The notes beneath the pieces were generated by a model. The model was not told where the DNA came from, made no database searches, and saw nothing but the letters and a program-made list of their open reading frames with translations. Of a DNA stretch of 29,427 nt, positions 7,753-15,585 are shown piece by piece (positions within the stretch are counted from its first letter, which is position 1; each line of letters opens with the position of its first letter). The position numbers were made by a program, and so were the translations under genes. The stretch lies in assembly GCA_903850725.1 (NCBI GenBank), contig CAINMG010000121.1:1-29427 (forward strand), given 5' to 3'. Origin of the DNA: Candidatus Staskawiczbacteria bacterium (GTDB taxonomy: Bacteria; Patescibacteriota; Minisyncoccia; Minisyncoccales; Staskawiczbacteraceae).

Positions 7753-7895
7753 TTAAAAAACAGCTTAGGAGTTGGAGGAGCTTTGTATCTGGGATACAAG
7801 CAAAGGTTTATTTGAGGAATAGTCGAGCCGAAGCAAGATTACCCATAAACTGAAATAAACCCAAATAGGACCTCCAACTCCAAAACTGTTTTTAA
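7753..7895. other. structured intergenic element (nested inverted repeats)
   Basis: ggagttggagg (7768-7778) / cctccaactcc (7871-7881); ggtttattt (7805-7813) / aaataaacc (7853-7861); hairpin ttgtatc-tgg-gatacaa (7783-7799); aaaaacag/ctgttttt outer arms. Confidence 0.65.
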
Positions 7896-7939
7896 CTGAA
7901 TTTTACTCAATATATTCATTATAGCATAATACAAAGCCT

Positions 7940-8947
7940 ATGTCAAGTATTTTAGACAAAAAAGAGAAAAAAGAGGATGAAGTGCTAGATTCTGCACTTC
8001 GCCCTCAAAAGTGGAGTGATTATGTAGGTCAAGACAAAGTTAAAGAAAATATCCGCATAATTATCCAAGCAGCTAAAAAAAGAAGCCAGTCACCTGACCA
8101 TTTATTGCTTTACGGAAGCTCTGGACTTGGCAAAACAACACTTGCAAATTTAGTTGCTTTGGAAATGGGTACAAATATCCGCATTACTTCGGGGCCTGCT
8201 ATTGAAAGAGCGGGAGATTTAGCTGCAATTTTAACTAATATGTCTGAAGGAGATGTTTTATTTATTGATGAGATTCATAGAATTCACAAAACAATTGAAG
8301 AATATTTATATCCTGCAATGGAAGATTACAAATTAAATTTAATTTTAGGTAAAGGACCTATGGCCCGCACAATGGAATTAAAATTACCAAAATTTACAAT
8401 AATTGGAGCTACTACAAGGCCTGGAATGCTTTCAGCTCCTTTAAGGGGCAGATTTGGAGCAACTTTTCAGCTTAATTTTTATGAACAAAAAGATATAGAA
8501 AAAATAATTAATAGATCTTCTGATTTACTAAAGATAAAAGCTGAGCCACAAGCAATTGAAATTATTGCCAAAAGATCTCGCTTTACTCCAAGAATTGCAA
8601 ACCGTCTTTTAAAAAGAGTTCGCGACTTTGCAGAAGTAAATGGCACAGGTTTAATTACCCGCGAAATTGCCGAAAGCAGTTTAAATTTTTTAGATGTGGA
8701 TCATATGGGACTAGAATTAGGGGATAAAAGAATTTTACAATCAATTATAGAAAAATTTGATGGGGGACCAGTAGGGCTTCAAGCTTTGTCAGCCGCCAGT
8801 TCTGAAGAAGAAGATACAATTTTAGATATTTATGAACCATACTTAATGCAATGTGGTTTTATTGAGCGCACTCCCAAGGGCAGAATGGCAACATCTTTAG
8901 CATATGAACATTTGGGTATTAAGAAATCTCAACACAAATTAATTTAA
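7940..8947 (+). CDS. ruvB: Holliday junction branch-migration helicase RuvB
   Basis: [51 protein letters not shown] motifs. Confidence 0.98.
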   Translation: MSSILDKKEKKEDEVLDSALRPQKWSDYVGQDKVKENIRIIIQAAKKRSQSPDHLLLYGSSGLGKTTLANLVALEMGTNIRITSGPAIERAGDLAAILTNMSEGDVLFIDEIHRIHKTIEEYLYPAMEDYKLNLILGKGPMARTMELKLPKFTIIGATTRPGMLSAPLRGRFGATFQLNFYEQKDIEKIINRSSDLLKIKAEPQAIEIIAKRSRFTPRIANRLLKRVRDFAEVNGTGLITREIAESSLNFLDVDHMGLELGDKRILQSIIEKFDGGPVGLQALSAASSEEEDTILDIYEPYLMQCGFIERTPKGRMATSLAYEHLGIKKSQHKLI

Positions 8948-8958
8948 AAAGCTAAGCT

Positions 8959-9072
8959 GTCATTGCGAGGGCATCGCAATGCCCGTGGCAATCTAAAAGG
9001 TTGAGATTGCTTCGTCCCGCCTTGGCGGGACTCGCAATGACGAACTGGATCCCCAATCAAGTTGGGGATGAC
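8959..9072. repeat. REP/RPE-like multi-hairpin palindrome (GTCATTGCGAG...CTCGCAATGAC) plus adjacent half element
   Basis: Perfect 11-bp terminal inverted repeat (8959-8969 / 9031-9041) enclosing three hairpins; then atccccaa-tcaag-ttggggat-gac (9049-9072). Confidence 0.85.
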
Positions 9073-9130
9073 ACGACTAAAAATAAAAATTACACGACAA
9101 AAAAATATTTTGAGCATTTGCTCATTTTTT

Positions 9131-9159
9131 TTGTAAAAAAAATTTAAAAATGCTATAAT
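9131..9159 (+). promoter_or_regulatory. sigma70-type promoter for the GNAT gene
   Basis: TTGTAA, 17-nt spacer, TGc-TATAAT. Confidence 0.6.
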
Positions 9160-9168
9160 CATATTATC

Positions 9169-9600
9169 ATGGAAATTATAAAAGCAAATTTAAATGACAA
9201 AGAAAATATCAAAAAAATTGCTGACCTACTATATATAGAGGTTGCTGATTTTGTTTGGAACAAAGATGACTTTATAGAAAAACAAATAAATAATAAAGAA
9301 TATTTTGTTGCAAAAGAAGAAAACAAAGTAGTTGGCATTATGAGTTTTCGCCAAAGACAAAATATAATGTATATAGAAACAATAGCTGTAATAAAAGAAT
9401 TCCAGGGGAAGGGTATAGGCGCACAATTTATTGATTTTGCCAAAAATTATACCCGAGCCAGTGGCTTTGAGGTATTAAGAGCTTATGCTTTTTTCCAATA
9501 CAATACTCAAAAATTTTATTTAAAAAATGGATTTACATTACTTAATAAGCTAGGAAAATATAACGGCGCAAAATATTATAGATTTGAAATGGAAATATAA
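9169..9600 (+). CDS. GNAT-family N-acetyltransferase
   Basis: YIETIAVIKEFQGKGIGAQFI (acetyl-CoA motif A), FYLKNGF. Confidence 0.9.
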   Translation: MEIIKANLNDKENIKKIADLLYIEVADFVWNKDDFIEKQINNKEYFVAKEENKVVGIMSFRQRQNIMYIETIAVIKEFQGKGIGAQFIDFAKNYTRASGFEVLRAYAFFQYNTQKFYLKNGFTLLNKLGKYNGAKYYRFEMEI

Positions 9601-9604
9601 ACAA

Positions 9605-9701
9605 GCGAGGCAAATGAACTTTTTTGGAAGTTGTCCGCCTAGGGTGGGCAAATTAAGCACACCGCAGTGGCTTAATCGGAAAAAAAGTTTATTTGCCGAG
9701 C
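9605..9701. repeat. three-way palindromic element
   Basis: ggcaaatgaactttttt / aaaaaagtttatttgcc outer stem; inner hairpins ttgtccgcc-tag-ggtgggcaa and attaagc...gcttaat. Confidence 0.7.
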
Positions 9702-9715
9702 TGAATTATTCAACT

Positions 9716-9743
9716 AAAAACTGCGAGATATCTCGCAGTTTTT
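9716..9743. terminator. bidirectional intrinsic terminator
   Basis: Perfect 28-bp palindrome aaaaactgcgagat|atctcgcagttttt between convergent genes. Confidence 0.8.
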
Positions 9744-9755
9744 GTTTATAATTTA

Positions 9756-10868
9756 TTATTTGAATTTTAATTTTGTTCCATATACATAACCTGCCAATGG
9801 ATTCTTGCCACCTCTAATATCAAAATGTAAATGGCACCCAGTTGATTTGCCAGCTCCGGCCATGCCTTTACCCCCACCAACAAGTCCAATTCTATCCCCA
9901 GTCTTTACAACATCTCCTGGTTTTACAAAAGCTGTCATAAAATGTCCATAATATGAAACTACTCCATTTGGATGTAATATCGTGATATAATTTCCACCGC
10001 CCAAATTCCAGCCATAAGCCACCCTTTGAACTGTACCAGAAGCTGCAGCATAAAACGGAGTTCCACATTTATTTGCCACATCCACTGCATTATAGAAATG
10101 CAACCTTTGGCTTATTGTCCCCTCAACAGGAATTATAAAGAAGTTGTTGGCAATAGGAGCCTGAGCATTTGAAGGTACTGGTTTTGGTGGCATAACTCCA
10201 CCTGGAACAATTAAAATATCTCCAATGAATATATCATTTTCATTATTAAAATTATTATAAGAAACTATATCATCTACTTTTGCCTTGTAAGTCTTAGCAA
10301 TATCTGAAATAGTATCTCCAGACTTTACTATATGTAAAAGCCCTGAAACTGGCAATATTATTAAAGTTTGACCAACTTTCAGTGTAGAATTTTTAGTTAA
10401 ATTATTTGACCATAATATAGTATTTAAAGATATGTTAAAGTTTTGAGCAATTGATTCAAAAGTATCTCCAGGGAGAACTGAATATTCTACAATTTCTTTT
10501 GAATTTTGTGATTCTTCTCCAAAAATTGCTCCCAAAACTTGAGTACTCAAAACTCTATAAGATGAATTACCACATACGCAATTATCATCAATTATTTTTA
10601 GATCTGGGACCTCTAAAGCTAAAATATCTTTAGAGTTTAGAAACAAGCTATCTTTTGTTGAATTGTCCGTACCTTCAAGATAAGAATTTAAAAAAACACT
10701 CTTATTTTTTAAAGTATCATTAAAATTAGAAAAATCTTCAAATCCGAAACAAACGAATGCAAATAAAAAGGTTGAAAACAACCCAAAATAAAACAAAGGA
10801 TTCTTTAAAACCCCCTTAAGTCCAGTTTTTTTTCGCTTATTTTTTGTAGAGAAATTGAAGATTCCCAT
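9756..10868 (-). CDS. membrane-anchored LysM x2 + M23 peptidase (MepM/NlpD-like)
   Basis: N-terminal TM; YSVLPGDTFESIA and HIVKSGDTISDIA LysM repeats; canonical M23 order H(FYNAV)D...YYGH...HLHF. Confidence 0.92.
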   Translation of the reverse strand: MGIFNFSTKNKRKKTGLKGVLKNPLFYFGLFSTFLFAFVCFGFEDFSNFNDTLKNKSVFLNSYLEGTDNSTKDSLFLNSKDILALEVPDLKIIDDNCVCGNSSYRVLSTQVLGAIFGEESQNSKEIVEYSVLPGDTFESIAQNFNISLNTILWSNNLTKNSTLKVGQTLIILPVSGLLHIVKSGDTISDIAKTYKAKVDDIVSYNNFNNENDIFIGDILIVPGGVMPPKPVPSNAQAPIANNFFIIPVEGTISQRLHFYNAVDVANKCGTPFYAAASGTVQRVAYGWNLGGGNYITILHPNGVVSYYGHFMTAFVKPGDVVKTGDRIGLVGGGKGMAGAGKSTGCHLHFDIRGGKNPLAGYVYGTKLKFK

Positions 10869-10875
10869 TGACTTT

Positions 10876-10905
10876 AGTATACCACCTGCCGTATGATTAA
10901 GTCAA
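10876..10905 (-). promoter_or_regulatory. sigma70-type promoter, probably leaderless
   Basis: Minus strand TTGACT (10905-10900), 18-nt spacer, TGg-TATACT (10881-10876), 7 nt, then ATG. Confidence 0.6.
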
Positions 10906-10920
10906 GCATTTTTATTCACT

Positions 10921-12225
10921 ATGGATTTAACCTCACCTACAGCAATAAAAGAGATTTTAGAAAAATATGAAGTCAAACCATCCAAAAGCTTGGGTCAAAA
11001 TTTTTTGATTGATAAAAATATTTTAAACAAAATTATTTTAGCTGGAAATTTAACAAAAGAAGATGTTGTTTTGGAAGTGGGGCCAGGTGTTGGCACTCTT
11101 ACTTGTGAGTTGGCAAAATCTGCAGGCAAAGTAATTGCCATAGAAAAAGATCATGATATGATAAACATTTTAGCAGAAACTTTAAAAGATTTTAACAATG
11201 TACATATAATAGAAGGCGATGCCTTATCCCTAAACCCTATACCATATACCCTAGACCATAAATATAAGCTAATCGCCAATATTCCCTATTATCTTACCTC
11301 TCACTTAATCCGAACTTTTCTAGAAGCAGAAAACCCTCCCCAAGAAATTGTTTTGCTTATTCAAAAAGAAGTAGCTCAAAGAATATGTGCCAAGCCCCCA
11401 GAAATGAGCTTGCTTGCAGTATCTGTGCAATTTTACGCACAAGCAAAAATTATTTCTTATGTTTCTAAAAACTGTTTTCTACCAGCTCCCAAAGTTGACT
11501 CAGCCATAATTCGCATCACCCCTCATAAAAATGATCGACTCCCGATGTCGATCGGTTTTACGCCAAAAGAATTTTTTAAAATAGTGAAAGCTGGATTTTC
11601 ACATCCTAGAAAGCAGTTGGCAAATAATTTTTGCCAAGCTTTAAAGGTGGAGAGAGAAGTAGTAGAAAGTTGGCTTTCAAAATGCGGTCTCAAACCCAAT
11701 CAGCGCGCAGAAACTCTATCAGTAGATGATTGGAAAAATCTTGCCTCTTACGACCTATCCCTAGCCCTTCCCGAAGGGAAGGGGGTGACGACAAGTCCTT
11801 CCTGTTGGGAAGGATCTAGGATGGGTAGCGAGGGATGGGTGAACGAAACGAAGGGATCCGACATACCTGGTTATTTTACAACTGATGCAAAAACATGGAA
11901 ATTACTTCAAGAAGAAGCTGTTAAAATGAGAAAAAATCCAACAAAAGCAGAAGAAATTCTTTGGAAATATTTGAAAGCAAATAAAAATTACCATTTTAGG
12001 AGACAACAGATTATTGATAAATTTATAGTTGATTTTGTGTGCCTATCTAAAAAAATAATTATTGAGGTTGATGGCAATATTCATAATTTACAAAAACAGA
12101 GAGATGAGGGGCGAACAAAAATTTTAGAAAATCTTGGTTTTAGAGTTTTAAGATTTAAAAATGAAGAAGTCATAGACAATGTAGATATTGTTGTCAGAAA
12201 AATTATAAATACGACCCAACCCTAA
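10921..12225 (+). CDS. rsmA: 16S rRNA dimethyltransferase RsmA/KsgA fused in-frame to a C-terminal DUF559 (Vsr-like) endonuclease
   Basis: KSLGQNFL, VLEVGPGVG, AIEKD, GDAL, ANIPY, PAPKVDS; then MRKNPTKAEEILW, FRRQ, FIVDF, IEVDGNIH, DEGRT, LRFKN (DUF559 pattern). Confidence 0.93.
   Translation: MDLTSPTAIKEILEKYEVKPSKSLGQNFLIDKNILNKIILAGNLTKEDVVLEVGPGVGTLTCELAKSAGKVIAIEKDHDMINILAETLKDFNNVHIIEGDALSLNPIPYTLDHKYKLIANIPYYLTSHLIRTFLEAENPPQEIVLLIQKEVAQRICAKPPEMSLLAVSVQFYAQAKIISYVSKNCFLPAPKVDSAIIRITPHKNDRLPMSIGFTPKEFFKIVKAGFSHPRKQLANNFCQALKVEREVVESWLSKCGLKPNQRAETLSVDDWKNLASYDLSLALPEGKGVTTSPSCWEGSRMGSEGWVNETKGSDIPGYFTTDAKTWKLLQEEAVKMRKNPTKAEEILWKYLKANKNYHFRRQQIIDKFIVDFVCLSKKIIIEVDGNIHNLQKQRDEGRTKILENLGFRVLRFKNEEVIDNVDIVVRKIINTTQP
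11228..11257. repeat. four heptad repeats (CCCTAAA/CCCTATA/CCATATA/CCCTAGA) inside rsmA
   Basis: Direct reading; TATACCCTAGAC (11245-11256) is the exact reverse complement of part of the 20871-20898 unit. Confidence 0.6.
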
Positions 12226-12318
12226 ACACCTATCCCCAGCCCTTCCCGAAGGGAAGGGAAACAAAAGTGCAAGTCCTTCCTTTCAAGTCCTTCCTTTTGG
12301 GAAGGATTTAGGATGGGT
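11753..12318 (+). mobile_element. putative DUF559 endonuclease cassette bounded by hairpin-rich direct repeats
   Basis: Repeat copies at 11753-11826 and 12228-12318; first 31 nt are 30/31 identical and last 35 nt are 33/35 identical. Mobility is inferred. Confidence 0.65.
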
Positions 12319-12326
12319 TTAAAAAG

Positions 12327-12335
12327 TTATCCACA
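12327..12335 (+). promoter_or_regulatory. perfect DnaA box (TTATCCACA)
   Basis: Exact consensus 9-mer, intergenic. Confidence 0.5.
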
Positions 12336-12354
12336 GGTATGCTTTATTAAATAT

Positions 12355-12383
12355 TTGCTTGATTTTTTAATAAGATGTATAAT
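12355..12383 (+). promoter_or_regulatory. sigma70-type promoter for the MNT-HEPN pair
   Basis: TTGCTT, 17-nt spacer, TATAAT. Confidence 0.6.
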
Positions 12384-12404
12384 AAAATAATTTAAGTTTA
12401 TCTA

Positions 12405-12722
12405 ATGAGATTAGAACATTATTCAGAGGAAAAATTAAAAAAAGAAATTTTGGAAATTGTTGGCAAAAAACTTGATTTAAAAAAATACAAGGTGTTTTTC
12501 TTTGGGTCAAGAGTTCGTGGCGATAATTTCGAAAGAGCAGATATTGATTTGGGCATAGAAGGACCTAAAGAAATTGATTCTATGGTGTGGACAGAAATCG
12601 AAGAAGAAATAGAAAAAATCCCGACACTTTATAAAATAGATTTTGTTGATTTTAAAGAGGTAGGAGAAAATTTCTATAACATTGCAAAACAAAATATTGA
12701 AATTTTAGAACCTGCAATATAA
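12405..12722 (+). CDS. minimal nucleotidyltransferase (MNT; MntA-like antitoxin)
   Basis: FFGSRVRGDNFERADIDLGI = GS...DxD motif; KIDFVD C-terminal motif; 105 aa. Confidence 0.88.
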   Translation: MRLEHYSEEKLKKEILEIVGKKLDLKKYKVFFFGSRVRGDNFERADIDLGIEGPKEIDSMVWTEIEEEIEKIPTLYKIDFVDFKEVGENFYNIAKQNIEILEPAI

Positions 12723-12740
12723 TTTATAATATATAAAAAT

Positions 12741-13112
12741 ATGACAGAAAATTATCTTTTACAAGATTTTAAAAAAACTATAGACAACCTTGACGAAGTA
12801 TTAAACATGAAAGAAGAAAATATAGTTCGCGATGCGGCCATGAAACGCTTTGATTTGTGTTTTGATACAGCATGGAAATTAGTAAAAAATCTAGCTAAAA
12901 AAGAGGGCATAGAATGTTACTCTCCACGCCAATGTTTCAAAGTTGGTTTTCAGTTAAAATTGCTTGGCCATGATAGCGAATGGGTAGATATGTTAGAAGA
13001 TAGAAATTTGTCTGCACATTTATATAAAGAAGAAGAGGCAATAAAAATTTATACCAGATTACCAGAATATTTAAAATCATTCAAAAAACTATTAATTGAG
13101 GCAGAAAAATAA
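12741..13112 (+). CDS. HEPN / nucleotidyltransferase substrate-binding protein (HepT-like toxin)
   Basis: RDAAMKRFDLCFDTAWK, SPRQCFK, RNLSAHLY (Rx4H); directly downstream of the MNT gene. Confidence 0.85.
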   Translation: MTENYLLQDFKKTIDNLDEVLNMKEENIVRDAAMKRFDLCFDTAWKLVKNLAKKEGIECYSPRQCFKVGFQLKLLGHDSEWVDMLEDRNLSAHLYKEEEAIKIYTRLPEYLKSFKKLLIEAEK

Positions 13113-13131
13113 TTTTAGCGAACAAAACTTT

Positions 13132-15573
13132 ATGGAAATTTTCGCAAAAATAAAAAACGTTTTTAAAGGCAAGAGATTTTTTGTAATAATTCTTTTATTT
13201 TTTATTGCCAGCGGAATAATTCTACCACAGACTACAAATGCAGGCTTTTGGGATGTTATTGGTTCTGCAGGATCTATCACAGCCAATGCATTCACCGCAG
13301 CAGCAATGGTATTACCGCTAGCAGCAACAGCAATATTATCAGGGATAGTTGTAACTTTGTTAAATTGGACAATATTGTTAGCAACTACTGGAGTTAGTTA
13401 TACCGCGAGCCCAGCAGTAAATATTGGCTGGCCAGTTGTAAGAGATTTTGCCAATATGTTTGTTGTGCTTGGTTTTGTAGTCATCGGGCTTGCTACAATT
13501 TTAAGATTTAAAAATTATGAAGCTCAAAAACTTTTGCTTCCACTAATAGTGGCGACTATTCTAATAAACTTTTCTTTGGTAATTTGTGGGGTTTTTATTG
13601 ATGTATCCAATATAGTAATGGCTTATTTTTTTATGGGAGCAGGGCAAGGTATTGGCGACAAGGCTGGAGCTATTATAAAAACTAGTTTAGATATGGCAGC
13701 TATGATGAAAGATGAAAACCCCATTGCTTTTGCCATGAGGATATCGTCCTATATATTTTTTAACCTAACAACTGTTTTAATTTTAACCCTCTATATCTTT
13801 ATGTTGATATTTAGGATTATGGCCTTATGGATATTAGTTATTTTATCACCACTAGCATTTATATCGTATGTTTTTCCTGCATCAAAAAAGTTTTATGAAA
13901 TGTGGAAAAATAATTTTATCCAATGGTGTATTATAGGCGCTCCAGCTGGATTATTTTATTTCATTGCTGCGAAAATGATAGAAAAAGGATCTGGTATCCC
14001 GAACCCACCAGCATTTAATAGATCAGCAATTTTTGCAGGTCAATTTGGAACAGCCTCGCAAAGCTTTTTCCAGAGCTTAACAGGAATGTTTTCACTTTTT
14101 ATCCCGGGAATATTTTTAATAATAGGATTTTTGTTTGCCTTAAAAACTTCTGCAATGGGGGCAGATATAATTACTTCAAGAGCAGGTAAAGCATGGAGTG
14201 GATTAAAAAATTACGCAAGTCAAGCTACCAAAACCGGCGCTAAATATGCTGGAGGGAAAATTGCAGGTGCTACTGGCGTAGCTGGGCTTTATAATAGAAC
14301 AAGGGATAAAATAACGCAAGGCATGGAGGGAAGTGTGCTTCCTACTGGGTATACAAGTAAAAGAAAACAAAAAACTGTTTCCGCATACGATCATGGGGAT
14401 GCTACAGATGAGCAACTGTTGCAGTCTTATAAACAAAGCCAGAGCAGATTTGCTTCAGAAGCAGATAAAGATAAAGGAGCTGCAGCTGTTATTGAAATGC
14501 AGAAAAGAAAGAAGCTTAATTTGTTGCCTCAAGAAGAAAGAGAGAAAGCTGTTGCTCATGCAATTGCAAGAGGTGGTCATGCCACAGAAAAAGCTTTTAC
14601 CGAAAGCCACCCATATTTGGTTACTGGAGTCACAGATCAAGATGCTGTTAATAGCTTGAAAGAAAAAGAGGTTAAAAGACAAAAAGATGAATGGTTGGCA
14701 AGTCACGGTGGAATGATGTCAAGCGCTGAAGCAAAAAATATTGAAAATTGGGTAGATAAAAATTATACACCTGATGGTTCTGTAGTTCAAAGCATTAAAG
14801 CTAATATGATTAAAGATAAAACAGCTCAAAAGAAAATTGGATATAAAGAAACTACTGAAAACGAAGCAAGAACTGCTATGTTAACTGAGAAAGAAAAGGA
14901 AATTAGAGAAAATGATAAAACTAAAACAGATGTACAAGTCAAAGCAGACCTTGCTACATATGAAAGCACTATTACTGATGCAGATATAAATACAAGAGTC
15001 GCAGATATGACAAAAATAAGAACACAAGAAAAATCGCTTGAATATGAATCAGCAAGTTATGAAGATGCCAGACAAGAACTAATTAATGAAAAAATCAAAA
15101 AACTTCAAGCTGCAGGCAAATCTGGCCCAGAATTAGATAGATTAACTAAATTGTTTAGTGATAATATTACATTTGATCGTGTTCAAACACAGCAAACCAG
15201 CTCAACCAAAGATAGAAAAATCAAAGCAATTAAAAAATTGGGTTATAGTAAAATACAAGAGTTTTCAAAAGAAGGTATTGATGAAGATGTTTTATCATAT
15301 GCAGATGCAGGTGCTTTTAAATCTGCTTATTCTAGACTTAATGCCGAACAAACAGATGCGTACAAAGATATGCGCTCTAAGTCAAAAGCAGAAATGTTGA
15401 GAATAATAAATAGCTCTCCAGATGCAGCTTCAATTGGGCTAAGTGCTGATCCTGGAGTAACTGAGGTGGAAAATGCCATTGATTACTTAAAGAGAAGTAC
15501 AAACTCAATAAACAAGGATTTAGCGAAAAAAGCAGAAAATATACTTAAAAATTTGGTTACAACTTATTCATAA
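13132..15573 (+). CDS. VirB6/TrbL-like polytopic membrane protein with long charged C-terminal tail
   Basis: GWPVVRDFAN, LINFSLVICGVFID, RIMALWILVILSPLAF, FIQWCIIGAP; lies in a PrgI/VirB4 locus. Start moved from TTG 13096 to ATG 13132. Confidence 0.75.
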   Translation: MEIFAKIKNVFKGKRFFVIILLFFIASGIILPQTTNAGFWDVIGSAGSITANAFTAAAMVLPLAATAILSGIVVTLLNWTILLATTGVSYTASPAVNIGWPVVRDFANMFVVLGFVVIGLATILRFKNYEAQKLLLPLIVATILINFSLVICGVFIDVSNIVMAYFFMGAGQGIGDKAGAIIKTSLDMAAMMKDENPIAFAMRISSYIFFNLTTVLILTLYIFMLIFRIMALWILVILSPLAFISYVFPASKKFYEMWKNNFIQWCIIGAPAGLFYFIAAKMIEKGSGIPNPPAFNRSAIFAGQFGTASQSFFQSLTGMFSLFIPGIFLIIGFLFALKTSAMGADIITSRAGKAWSGLKNYASQATKTGAKYAGGKIAGATGVAGLYNRTRDKITQGMEGSVLPTGYTSKRKQKTVSAYDHGDATDEQLLQSYKQSQSRFASEADKDKGAAAVIEMQKRKKLNLLPQEEREKAVAHAIARGGHATEKAFTESHPYLVTGVTDQDAVNSLKEKEVKRQKDEWLASHGGMMSSAEAKNIENWVDKNYTPDGSVVQSIKANMIKDKTAQKKIGYKETTENEARTAMLTEKEKEIRENDKTKTDVQVKADLATYESTITDADINTRVADMTKIRTQEKSLEYESASYEDARQELINEKIKKLQAAGKSGPELDRLTKLFSDNITFDRVQTQQTSSTKDRKIKAIKKLGYSKIQEFSKEGIDEDVLSYADAGAFKSAYSRLNAEQTDAYKDMRSKSKAEMLRIINSSPDAASIGLSADPGVTEVENAIDYLKRSTNSINKDLAKKAENILKNLVTTYS

Positions 15574-15585
15574 AAATATAAAAAT

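Noticed and set aside
7753-7895. SRP RNA, RNase P RNA or tRNA call for this structured element
   Set aside because: No SRP helix-8 motif, no GAGGAAAGTCC-type RNase P motif, and no T-loop or anticodon cloverleaf.
8944-9162. 72-aa minus-strand ORF (VIPNLIGDP...RHCES...PRND)
   Set aside because: It is the translation of the palindromic repeat plus the AT-rich GNAT promoter; no independent coding signal.
11753-12318. CRISPR array or IS element interpretation of the DUF559 repeats
   Set aside because: Only two long copies around a gene, no spacer series and no cas genes; no DDE or HUH transposase motifs, and the ends are direct rather than inverted.
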